The notes beneath the pieces were generated by a model. It made no database searches. It worked only from the letters and a program-made list of their open reading frames with translations, and was not told the origin of the DNA. From Antedon mediterranea (Eukaryota > Animalia > Echinodermata): a stretch of DNA of 64,000 nt. The stretch spans positions 14,553,432 to 14,617,431 of the forward strand of contig NC_092679.1 of NCBI RefSeq assembly GCF_964355755.1, in the 5' to 3' direction. The translations under genes and the position numbers were made by a program. Shown one piece after another: positions 1-45,409 of this stretch. Within the stretch, counting starts at the first letter, position 1; each line of letters begins with the position of its first letter.

Positions 1-3000
1 TCAATTTTGTGTCATATAGTATACATGCAAACAGTATAATCTGTATACATATTACATGCAGTGTAGAATAGGTGAAATTACGGGACCCGCCATTTATTCC
101 AATTTTTAACATGGCGACGGTATCAAAATGAAACACTTAGATAGCAATTTCAGAAGGAAATTATCTCAGGAACAACATATTAACGTGTAGAAGAAATTTG
201 AATACGTAAAATATAGATGCGCACCCTTTTAAATGTGATGAACTATTACGCAAAATATGAAAATACGACTTTTTTTATTCAACTGGCCATATGATGACGT
301 CACAACATCCGATTGGCAAAATGTTTACATGAATTCGTATCTACAATCCAATAGCTTCCATAAAACGTTTTAATCGTGATTATCACATTTTATTCTTACG
401 AGCTATTACAGATTAAAATTTACTGTAAAGATGAAATTAATGACCCACGTAATTAAAATTTTTTGGCATGATGACGTCATAAAAATTAAAATATTTTTAT
501 CTCATGCTAAAGAAAGTTGATTGACCTACACAATATATAAATGTAGGAGAAAAAGGAATACAGATAAGCGTGATGCGCTCCATTGAATGTGATGAGCAAT
601 AACGAAAGAGACAAAAATCCTATATTTTACATTCGTGTGGCCATACGATGACGTCACAATGTTTTTTTAGCCTTATCGATGCATGATCCGATATCTACAA
701 CTCATCAACTTCTAGATTTTGTAATAAAAATAAACGGTTCACGGTTTACTTTAGAAACTATGACTGTTTAAAAAAAGACATAATTTTGACGATTTTTTAA
801 GCTTTTTCATAAAAAACGCGCATGAAATGTTTAATTCAACGTGTTCGTATGGCGTTATTTAAATTGGAAAAGGTCTAAATTGTTTTCAAAATTACTAGGA
901 AAGGCTTGAAAAATATGATTCAAGGGAAAAAAATATGTTTTTAACGCTACGTGCGCACCGCGTGCGTAAAAAATTGCGCGCCCGTGGGAATTTTTGACAT
1001 GCTCAAAATGACAAGAAACGCATAAAAAGTTGATTAGAAATTAATTTTGCGCATTTTGAAATTTTAAATGCGCGTGCGCGCGTAACTTCTTGTGAAACAT
1101 GCCATTTTTAATCCGTAGAAAGTTTGCCCCTGATATGACTTAAATTTTGTCAAAGTGTCAATACTAAATGACTTTTAGTTTTTAATCTATGATCAATCAT
1201 TGAAATTCATAAAATTGCGCGTAAGTTACGTTGCGCAACTATGACGTCATTCAAAAATAGGAGGTGCACAACTTCACGTAAATACCCATATGTTGTCAAA
1301 GTTATGAAATGTTATGTTTACACATTTTAGAGAAACGCGATCCACAAAAAAGAAGGATGGAAAGAAGAACTAGACATGAAACTCGTCACTTTGACGAGTT
1401 AGTTATCCGCTCGACAAACGCCACGTGCACGTCATACGTTAGAATATTGCACACAGAAAAATATTAAGGCATTATGACCTGAACTGAAGAATATGATTAT
1501 GTTGTTATTTCTGAATTCTGTTATTTTGTGTCATATAGTATACACAGTACAATCTGTATACATATCACAAACAGTGTAAAATAGGTGAAATTACGGGACC
1601 GGTATTTTATTGTAATTTTTAACATCTTGACGGTTTCAAAATGAAATGCAAAAGTAGAAATTTCAGAATGAAATTATCTCAGCAACAACATATTAACGTG
1701 TAGAAGAAATTTGAATACGTGAAATATTGATGCGCGCTCTTTTAAATGTAATGAAATATAACGCAAAAGATGAAAATACGACTTTTTTTATTTAACTGGC
1801 CATATGATGATGTCGCAACATTCAATTGGCACAATTTTCACATGATTTTGTATCTACAATACAATAGCTTCCTGAAAACGTTTTAATCGTGATTATCACA
1901 TTTTATTCTTACGAGCTATAACAGATTAAAATTTACTGTAAAGATGAAATTAATGACCAACGTAATTTAAATTTTTAGGCATGATGACGTTAAAAAAATT
2001 AAAAAAATTTTAATTCATGCAAAAGATAGTTGATTGACCTAGAATATATTAAAATCGGGGTGAAAATGGACAACGAATAAGTGGAGATGCGCTCTATTAA
2101 ATGTGATGAGCTATGACGAAAGAGACAAAAATCCTATATTTTATATTCGCGTGGCCATACGATGACGTCACAATGTCCGGTTAGCCATATTGATTAATGA
2201 TCCGATATCTACAGCTCATCACCTTCCAGAATATGTAAGTAAAAAAAAGTTCTCCACGTAGTTTAGAATCTATGATTGTTTAAAAAAAGGCATAATTTTG
2301 ACGAATTTTTGAATATTTTCTTTAAAAACACGCACAAATTGTATAATTCGACGTGCTCGTATGACGTAATTTTTAGTCTAAATTGTTTTAAAATTTAATA
2401 AAATTACTATAAAAGGCTGGAAAGACATAATTCACGCAAAAAAAGATGTTTTTAGCGCTACGTGCGGACCACGCGCGTAAAATTGTTTGCGCGCGTGGGA
2501 ATTTTTGACATGCTCAAAATGTCATGATCAGCGTAGAAAGTTGATTAGAAATTAATTTTGCGCATTTTAAATTTTAAATGCGCGTGCGCGCGTAACTTCG
2601 TTTAAAAAATGCCATTTTTAGTGCACAAAAAGTTAGCGCAAGATATAAATTAAACTTTTGCTAAGTTTCAACTTACATAGTTATATGGTTTTCAATCTAT
2701 GTTGAATACGGGAAATTCATAAAATTACGCGTAAGTCACGTTACGCATTTCTGACGTCATTCACAATAGTAGGTGCACAACTTCACATGAATGCCCATAT
2801 GTTGACAAAGTTATGAAATGTTATGTTTACACATTTTTTATATAAGTGAGACACAAAAATAGAGGAGAAATGCGCGTGCGCGCGTAATGTCTTGTAAAAC
2901 ATGGCATTTTTAATCCACAAAAAGTTTGCCCTTGATATGACTTAAATTTTCAGAAAGTGTCAAAATAAAATTATGCTTGGTTTTTAGCCTATGATCAATC

Positions 3001-3316
3001 ATAAAAAATCATAAAATCGCACGTAAGTCACGTTGCGCAACTCTGACGTCATTCAAAATAGGAGGTGCACAACTTCACGTAAATGCCCATATGTTGACAA
3101 AGTTATGAAATGTTATGTTTACAAGTTTTTGAGATACGCGAGACACAAAAATGGAGGAGAAAGAAAGAAGAATAATATAAAGAAAAAAAAAAAGATCCAG
3201 GACGATTACAAGGAGTTATCCGCTACTAAGCGGATAACTAATAATACAGAAAAAAACTGTTGATCTCATACAATAACAAGGAGTTATCCGCTTGGTATAC
3301 CAAGCGGATAACTAAT
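1..3316. mobile_element. Two nested copies of a Helentron/HINE-like non-autonomous element
   Basis: 1-1365 and 1525-2860 are diverged copies with a ~1520-nt offset, and 2870-3150 is an internal duplication. The inner copy starts AACTAG (1368) with hairpin AACTCGTCA-ctt-TGACGAGTT and AGTTATCCGC. Two terminal hairpins lie at 3214-3239 and 3282-3313. Confidence 0.65.
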
Positions 3317-6099
3317 AAATATTAAATTATATTTAGAAATGTACTATTACAGACCACAAGCTTTTTACCAGCCAAAAGCTTAATTAAAAGAATTGTTTTT
3401 TTCGCATTCATACGCTATCACATTCATATGCTCAACACGCCGTAATGCAGGTGTAATGGCGACTGCGTAGTGGGCGTGGCTTTAAACTGGAGTATATTGC
3501 TGCAGTCATATTGAGTGGTTTCTTTCCAATTACATAGTAATTACATAGTAAATAACTTTTTGAGCTGTGATTGTGTTGAGAAAACTTACCAAACAAAATA
3601 CACTATAGTATTAGTCCTCAAGCTTTTTACCGAACTAAAATCCGTCCAAACAATCATCACTAGCCTATTCTGTCAATTGAAAGTTAACTTGACACAAGAT
3701 AACCAGAATTTTTGTAAGGGGAGGGTCGAGGAAGTTCATCCCACAAAAGGGGGTAAACCGTCATGAGCTAGTATTGGCAAAGGCAAGGTATAGGTAACCC
3801 ATCTGCCAATTACATAATTATGTGTTGTGACATTTGTACTTATCTGTTTTTGTACATGACAGTAATTATATTGTGTTCTAGTCTCAGAGCAACACAAGTT
3901 TTTATATATTTTATGCAAATACTTAAATAACTCTGGTTAAGTGTTAATATCTAAATTTAAAATGAATTTTGTCCTTCCACACGCAACAGTCATCCTTATC
4001 TATCAAGTAATTAAAATGATCAGTAGGTTTAACATTTATCAGACAAGGTAAATATACTTATTGATATCGTTGCCGATCAAAACCAAATAGTAGGTAGGTA
4101 TACAGTAGTATAGGGGTACAAATTCCACTACAGTAATGTATTGTTAATATGTTGTACAAACATCTTCAGATACAATCTCATCCAAACTTACTATTTCAAG
4201 CAAATTCAACCTAACCGTCTCCACCCAAAGCAGTCCATAAAAAAACTCCCCAAAATTGTCTAATGGAAGAAAGGGAATTTGTAAAACTAATATATAGTTA
4301 GATAATTATAATTTGGTTACTAAACCTGCAATTAGTATACTACCAAGGTGCTTCCTAGAACAATGTTAGAAAAGCATAGCACGACTTCTTTGAGGACACT
4401 TATTTGCAAATAGTACCCTGGCAAAGTGATACTAAAATAATAAGCATATTTTTCGTTTTGGTAGACTAAAAATCAGGGAAAGAGGTCTAAAAAGTGGTGG
4501 GTATTTTAAGATGTTTTCAGTTTAGGGGAATACAGATCAAAAAGTTAAATTCAGCTTCCCTATAATTTTTAATAAATGTATTACTTTATAAATGTTAAAC
4601 CAGAACATTCCTTGTGTAAATGTAAAAACATGCACACCTGGATCTCGGCTAGTTTGGAGGCTGTACTCAAAGCCTGGTAAGAGCAGTAAGGCATACAGAA
4701 GTTAGTATCATCAGCCCAAAAAAACGTTTGTTTGGGGAGAATCTGCCCTGAGGTTGGTAGTATTTGAAGGTGGGTGCACCAGCCTGCCCGCTACAATGAT
4801 ATTTTTCAGTATTTGTATTGAGTAATTGGTACAATTATGTCAGAGCTTGGAAAAACATCTGGCTAAAAGAAATGGATAGTTATCCTTTGACTTTTTAGAA
4901 CATAAAACGACGCGTCATTGGTCTAAACCTGAAATAAGAAAATTGAAGGCCTCTAAGGTCAGACATCTTTATTCTGTTGCCAACAGCATGATAGGTATGG
5001 TAAAATATTCCTGAGGGGCTTCAGTCAAAGTTTCACCAACTAACGCAAAACCATGGCCGGAATCTCTGAAAACCAGAAATCAGACTTTTCTCGGGGTTCA
5101 AAATTCATTTTTACTATTAATAACACATTCCGAATACTAGATTTTTCAGACATTTTAGGCCAGTCTAAAGGTGCCTGATATTGGGAAAGTTTACTATAAT
5201 GGTTAATTAACACTAATTAATGCAAGCTTGTTCATTAAGCATTTATGTTTGAATACTCCGTTATAACTAATTACTCGCCAGAAAAAAAAAACAATAATCA
5301 AAGTCCTCAATCATCAATTAGCTTTTAAAACATTCAGAGTGTTATTCATGCTAACATACAGTTGCTTTGACTTCATATAATTATTATTATCAAAAATTTC
5401 ATAGAGTATAAATAAAGCACATGTCCATTCGCTTTTGTTGATGAAATAGATGATCATGATCAGTGTCGTCATGCTTTGGTCTTTCAACTAGAAATGTGTA
5501 TATATTTTTATTGACCCTATGAGGACCATCAAGTTGAAATGGGAATTATTTGAAAATGTTTTAAGGAGGTGTAAAGGTGGATCGTATTTTCAAGCAACAT
5601 CACCGTGTTGACATAATCAACCAAGAGAACTAGCTTAGGGGTTGTATCAAATTTATTATTACACTTAAGCGTGCTTCCCACTAGTAGGACACACCACGAC
5701 GTATCAACGCAAACTGCTGTGTTGCATAATCAAAAGTGGGAACCGACAACGCTACAGGAAATCAAATAAGTTTGATTTCATGCAACAACCAAAAATAACA
5801 ATGGAAAACATAGTACAATTCGTAGTCAAGTTCGCAGATTGAACCAGGTCAAAGTCTACGGCAACTAACATTGACACGCAGCTAGGCAGTTTCTCACAGG
5901 TGGGGAAAAACACAATTATTGGAAGGGCATTTTCTTATGTTGTGCTACGTGCTTTACTGCAGTAACATTTTGTTACTGCAATAATGTATGATTTCAGTTT
6001 GTTTTAATCTCAAAGAATATGAGTCAGTCACTGCAATAAACAGTATTGTACTGTAGGTGTGGTAACCGATAAAAAGTAAAGAAATAAAATGTAGTTACT

Positions 6100-7038
6100 G
6101 CAGTCTATGCTCACTCTACCCATTCACGTTTTCGTTTTGCGAAAATAATTTGTCCTTAAAAACTCAAACTTTGTCCGCTTGGCTTCAAATGTTAAAGTTT
6201 TATGTAAACCACAACGACTTCGCCGCCGCTGCCAGCCTATAATACGTGACAGCGATGTAGCGTTACTTGCTATCAATGACGTTTTTTTCGCGTCACTCGA
6301 ACAAATTAAAACAAGTTTCCCGTTAGGAGGCTTATTAATTGTACAGGCGAGTAGTTGTAAATCGCGTTATCTGTAAATGTACACCCGACCAACTAAGGAG
6401 AATTTATTTTATGAATAGACATGCGCAACAATTGTAATTACGAACAAACAAGCAAACTGCGCATGTGTATAGATGAAAATATCGCGCAATAACAAACATG
6501 CTGCATGGACATTCCGTCGACGTCGTGTAGTTCGTTTGTGGTGTGTTACGATGTTTTCGCAAGTGAATAAGAAGCATATAAAACACAAACAAAAACTATT
6601 TATTATTTTATATTGTTTGTGATGAAAAACTTTATCCAGGCAGGCTGCATTGCCGATAATTGATAGAGGCCTGACGCCGATCATACATGACTTGGCTGTG
6701 GCATAGATAGTCAACCATTGAATAGGCCTCCTATAGGGAATATGGCCGTGGCGACTGGTATCACGTCAGGCCGGTTAGGCTGCAGTAGATAGGCCTAACA
6801 TATTTTAATGCGGTCATGTTTTATTTGTATTTTAATCACAAATTTTGAATGAATAAAGATAAAAACAATACAAGACAACAATTATATATTTATTTGATGT
6901 ATCTACCAACAAATTTAGCCATTTTCATGGTTTTTAAAATTTGCTAAAGAATTTTCACTTTTGCGGAAAAAAATCGGCGACCTTTCGCAAATTTTGCGAA
7001 AGAAAATTTGAACTTAGCGTGAGCGTAGGCAGTAACTG
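6100..7038. mobile_element. Degenerate TIR element
   Basis: Imperfect inverted ends (CTATGCTCACTCTA near 6104 vs TAGCGTGAGCGTAG near 7015) with TTTCG/GCGAAA subterminal motifs; internal 6214-6582 is homologous (inverted) to 14027-14393. Confidence 0.4.
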
Positions 7039-7084
7039 CAGTAGAACCATTTTTCAACATGAAGAATGCCATTTAAAAACTCAC

Positions 7085-40036
<32,952 letters not shown>

Positions 40037-40554
40037 TTTGTGCAAGTTATCGAGGGATTGTTTTTTATGATCAAGTGAAGAAAGGTTAAAATTCTATTTT
40101 CGTTCCCCACACACAAACAATTTATTTTCAAAATCAACCGTTTAAAACAAATACTGTATAACGGATAAGTCTCCAGTTAAAATAAATTCCACATTAATTG
40201 GGTATAATATTTTCAGAATACATCTTCTTTACGTTTTAAGTTAAATTCCAAATAAGCTAATTTGGATGGTTTTGAAAACACATTGGGCCAACGCCTGGCT
40301 GTACGATGGTTGCCGATGATTGTTTTGCGAGACCGTACACGACGACCACACAACAGGCAGGAACAACCCAGCTGATCATGAAATGATCCTGGGTCTCAAA
40401 CCCTTTATTTTACCAATAATTCCACCTATTTCCTCAAGATAAACCTTAGTTATTATTCTTCAAATACACACGTATTTCGTAGTTTTCTTTCAGCATATAT
40501 CATCTTAAATTTCATCAATATTCCAATGGTATAAGTTCACAGAGCCCTAGTTCA

Positions 40555-40680
40555 CATCCAAGATGGCTGACAAACGGATATCCCAGTATTCCATTGGTCG
40601 AGCAAACGTCGAGCCTTCCCTCTACAATGATCAATATGCAATCACTATTGGTCTATTCCCATATGACGTTTCCTTCTTTC
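40555..40680 (-). promoter_or_regulatory. Probable MARK core/proximal promoter
   Basis: About 520 nt upstream of the ATG: YY1-type GCCATCTTG (40559-40567), two CCAAT boxes (ATTGG at 40593 and 40647) and a CRE half-site TGACG (40664). Confidence 0.5.
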
Positions 40681-41480
40681 CCTATCCTCTAAAAAAGAGT
40701 GCATGTTTAATTATTTATTTCATTATTATTTCTAATTTCTTTTTTCTTAACATTTATTTAAATTTAATGTCATTATTTTATTCTTTTTTCCCCTAAAATT
40801 CAATAGCGAAATTATACAGCCACCACCGAGTCAAAATGCTTTTGGCAAAAATCTCGACATTGCAGAGAGGTCGCTATTGCTGTTTTTGTTCTATTCAAAC
40901 ATAATGTTTGTTTTTTTATTAATATAATTTTATATTTAAATACTATAATGCATTATTGCTATTACTATAATTATTAGTACTTATTGCTAACGTGATTGTA
41001 CAAAAACTGAACACGTACATATCAGGTCATAGGCTAATGTAGGAGGCTGAAATCCCTTTCAACAATTAAACAATTCATTTCTTCTTTCTGAACTACTACT
41101 CAGTTGGTAATTGTAAGTTATGCGTTATCTTTATCTTTTAAAATGTAACGACCGCTTGACGTGTTTTTTCTTTCAAGCTGATTGAAGTTTCTATAGACAT
41201 CGTAATGATTTGACTATGGCTTGGTCCGGTGGATAAGTTCGGTTGGCACACATCTACAGATGTTGTGTCTTAGAAAAAAAAGAACGATGCGATAATAGGG
41301 CCCATAGTTCTTCAAACGCATACATATTTTTTTTAATGTATCATTACAAACAAAAAAGTACTATTTTTTATAACCTTTTCGGCACAAGCAATTGCGTGAT
41401 TTAAAAAACCTAGGATAGGTGGTGGTGCGCGGCCGCATCTTTGTAAAAACTACTGAGCTACTAAGTCCTCAGAGATAGAA

Positions 41481-41505
41481 CAGGGAGGTGAAAACCACCT
41501 CCCTG
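41481..41505. mobile_element. P-element-like palindromic remnant or excision footprint
   Basis: GATAGAA|CAGGGAGGTG-AAAAC-CACCTCCCTG|GATAGAA, 7-bp TSD. Confidence 0.65.
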
Positions 41506-42049
41506 GATAGAACAGCGCGCAGATCTGAAACTCTTCCGAATGGAGGGAGTCTGTCGATAATTCCGGCTCTTCTGCTAATGTAATCATTCTCCTGATATTT
41601 TAGATAACAAACAAAATCTCCCGCTGTATAAATTTATAATTTATAATACTCTTCTGATATTGATAAGGGAATAGAAAACATATCAGTCCGTAAGATATTA
41701 TAATGAATTCATGCGTTGTCCAAAAGTAAATTGGCACACCAGATATATTCATGTTTACAATAGATGCTAATATAACAGGTATAGTATGTAGTTGTTTTTT
41801 GATAACAGAGAGCTATCACTTATGCCATCCTCGTATATAATTAATTTCGTACGGAAATACATTTAATTGATAATATCATTAGGTAGAGTATCCTTCTTAC
41901 AATTAATTATCAGTAATATATATAACTTTTTAAATGTTAGGGATATATTTTAAAATAACTATAAATAGATATATAATTACACAAACTCAAGATGTTCTTT
42001 TCTGCCTGAAACCTAGGCCCACCCTAGGCCTCCTCCTCTGTGCTCTCAC

Positions 42050-42092
42050 CAAAGATCGTATAGCGCCACTTCGTGGCGCTATAGTATCTTTG
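42050..42092. mobile_element. P-element-like palindromic remnant or excision footprint
   Basis: GCTCTCAC|CAAAGATCGTATAGCGCCAC-TTC-GTGGCGCTATAGTATCTTTG|GCTCTCAC, 8-bp TSD. Confidence 0.7.
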
Positions 42093-42304
42093 GCTCTCAC
42101 TTCGTTCGTTTTGCTACCTGATCCGTGCAGGCCTAGGCCTAGGCTAGACTGGATATTATGATTGCAAGCCAAAAAGGTAGATTTAGAAGCATATTTTATT
42201 GATTACCCATCATCAGTGTCACCCTTAACAGATAGTTAAGCTATATTTGTAGGTCATAGCTTATTTCAGACAATATTTTAGCCTCCAAAAAGGGCAGATT
42301 AGGC

Positions 42305-44410
42305 GGATGCTAGTCAAGTCGCCCCATCGCAAAGTCGCCCCATACAAAGTCGCCCCTTACACAGTCGCCCCATCGCAAAGTCGCCCCAAAACAAAGTCGC
42401 CCCGACACAGTCGCCCCATCGCAAAGTCGCCCCATCGTAAAGTCGCCCCATCGCAAAGTCGCCCCATTGCAAAGTCGCCCTATCACAAAGTCGCCCTATC
42501 GCAAAGTCGCCCCAAAACGTTAAAAAATAGTTTACAAGTGCGTAAAATGTCGCAATGATACACAAAATAACACGGAACGTGTAGGCATAAAAGGGGGAAG
42601 CCCCGCCATGTAGGCCCTAGTCTCACTCTCAGGTCACACGATCGGCACGCACACTCCCATCATCAGAGACGAAGCCCCCGACTAATCACTCCGCGGTCGC
42701 ACTGCTAGCTTACCAGAGGAAAACCCCCGTAATTACTCCGCCGTTACAACGCACCATCTCAAGATGGGGAAACCCCGCCGGAGTTTTACGATGATATCAG
42801 TCGCGTTCGAAATCGGTTGCGTTTAATTTTGGTCGCGATAAAATGATGTTATACGATCTAGATCATTTTTACTTTGGTGAATATTTATTATTAATATTAG
42901 GCCTATATTAATAATATGTAAACATAGTTTAAGATTATAGTATTATCCAGCATAATGTCATTTAACAGTACATAATTATTAAAATGTGAAATATTTTATA
43001 GGAAACGTAGGCTACGTCTGTGTCTTTTATTTTATATGCAACAAATCACGTAAAACAATTTATTTATAAACATTCAGTTTACTATTATTATATACATATA
43101 ACAATGAACATTGATTGTTTAGTTTAGTTTAGTTTAGTTATAATGGGAAAGTTTAGGCGATGTGCCTTTTTAAACCCCATATCAACTACATTGTGTCGAT
43201 GCGATTCTTGATTGTAAGCCTGGAAAGGCAATCCCATCATTATATCCATTATAAAATTGCATCATATCACCACTATATGTCGTAAATGATGACGGGCGTG
43301 TGTGTATTCGTCGTACGTCCGTCGTGTACGTATTATTCCGTGCCTCTTCAGTGTCTTGTTTAATTTAAAATTAAATAAACACCCGATATGAGGATATTTA
43401 TTAGGCATGATAATTAGAATGTTCTATAACCAAAAGGGTTGAAAAGAATTTCTTCAGTAAAATTATCATTGTGCTGTTGAATAAAAGGCGACTCGCCATC
43501 TGAAACATTCTCTGAAACCAATCGGAGCTGCGCCTTCTGGTATCTGTTTCCTCACAGCTGCTACGTCTTTCTGCTGACCGTCGGGGATTCCCCTTTTTAA
43601 AAAACACGCACACGATACTGTACGATGGTTTTTCCATGGTCAAAATGTAGCATTTTAATTTTACTAAAATACCTGCATGTAAAACAATCATATCGGCGAT
43701 GAAATCCTTTTTTTTTATTTCTTCATTTTGAAAAGTCATTATAAAATTAAGACACATAACTTGTCAATAAATGCAAAATGATCAATAAGTAGCCTAACAC
43801 TCATTGTCTCACAACACTGTTATTGTTTTAACTACTGTAAATCTATACGAAGGCCTACTACTAGTACTACACATTTATACATTTATTATATTATCCTAAA
43901 AAATTAGCTGGTATCCACGCGTAGGTTGAAGAAAGATTCGTAATAAATTGTGGCTCTGGTAACTAATTTTAAAATTATATTAAATTAACATTTTCGAAAC
44001 TATAAATCAGGGATAATCTTTTTAGGAACTATTTTTTTTAATGATTTTTAAAAAGCACATCACTCCATTAAAACCTGTAAAATAAAAATTAAAACACAAA
44101 TTATGTATATAATAGGATAAACATTATAATGTATACGACATTTAGCGCAACCAAAGTAACAACGCAATCGATATCAAACGCACCCAATATGATTAAAACC
44201 GTGGGCGACTTTGCAATGGGGCGACTTTGCGTTGGGGCGACTTTGCGATGGAGCGAATTTGCGTTGGGGCGACTTTGTAATGGGGCGACTTTGCGATGGG
44301 GCGACTGTGCCGGGGCGACTTTGTTTTGGGGCGACTTTGCAATGGGGCGACTTTGTATTGGGCGACTTTGTATGGGGCGACTTTGCGATGGGGCGACTTG
44401 ACTGGATCCC
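42305..44410. mobile_element. Foldback-type TIR element with tandem-repeat arms (MuDR- or hAT-like)
   Basis: About 210-bp inverted arms built of AAAGTCGCCCC(ATCGC) units (42312-42515 / 44202-44403); GATTAGGC duplicated at 42297-42304 and 44411-44418 (8 bp exact, 8/9 if read as 9 bp). Confidence 0.85.
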
Positions 44411-45060
44411 GATTAGGCCTAGGCTAGGCCTAGCCTATTATTATAGCCTACTGTATAGGCCTAGGCCTAGCTAGAAAGAGGCTAGGCCTAGGCTAGCTAG
44501 GGCCTAGGCCTAGTTAGGCTAGCATCTCGCTACTCTAGCTAGTAGTTTAGGCCTAGGTAGGCCTAGTACTACTAGGCCTATAGCCTAGCTGGCCTACTAG
44601 TACTAGGGCTAGCCTAGTCTTGCTAGGCCTAGAAAGAAGTAGTAGGCCTAGCTAGGCTACTACGGATCCGCTACTACTACTAGCTAGGCTAGGCTACTAG
44701 GCCCACCTGGTTAGGGATCCCCTAGTTAGGCCCTACTAGGGAACTGGTAGGCTAGCTAGCTAGGCCTACTTACTAGCTAATAAATAAGTCTAGGCCTAGG
44801 CTGCCTAACTAGCTAGCTCTATGTATTCTAGTTAGGGCCTAGACTAGTTTATTAGGCCTTTGTTTAGGCTGATTAGGCCTGCCTAGTCCTAGTTAAATAA
44901 ATAGGCATATAACCAGGCTCAGTCTAAACACTCTAGGCCTATCTATATGAGACCTGTGCTATTAATTATAGGACTAGACCTAGGGCCTTGCTAGCTAGCC
45001 AGCAGAATGGTCTAGAGAGGCATAGGCCTAGCTAGGGATAGGCTGGGGAGTCATAGACAG
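44411..45060. repeat. Low-complexity TAGGCCTA/CTAG/TAGTACTA tract
   Basis: Irregular concatemer of short TA-bounded palindromes with no fixed period. Confidence 0.85.
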
Positions 45061-45409
45061 CCTATCTATATAAAATATTATTATTTCATTGCTAATGCCA
45101 AGGTATTATTTAGGCCTGTTTATTTTCAGGTTGAAAGCAATGGATAAAGAGAGATTCAATTCTACAACAAAAGTCAAACTCAAACTGATAATTAACAATG
45201 TTTCCAGTTAATTAATGTTAATTATTTTAATAGATTGTAGTGACCCTAACTACCTTACTGTTTGTGTATGGCTGTAATATTATATTAAATGTCATCACAA
45301 TTAGTAAGGTTGTGAGGCTTCACAATTTCAAACAACTCTTCACTTCTTCATGTGGATGGATTAAAAAATACTGTGAGTATTGTACACTCTTTATATGAAT
45401 ATATCATCA

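Noticed and set aside
1-7084. MARK exon 7 (AENLLL...DFG)
   Set aside because: No matching codons were found on the minus strand by eye; it is presumably beyond the window.
43401-43757. 118-aa ORF inside the foldback element as a transposase or captured gene
   Set aside because: No recognisable motifs in any frame I examined; splice support is weak.
42307-44474. ORFs with KSPHRKVAP / WGDFAMGRLC repeats
   Set aside because: These are translations of the AAAGTCGCCCC tandem arms of the foldback element.
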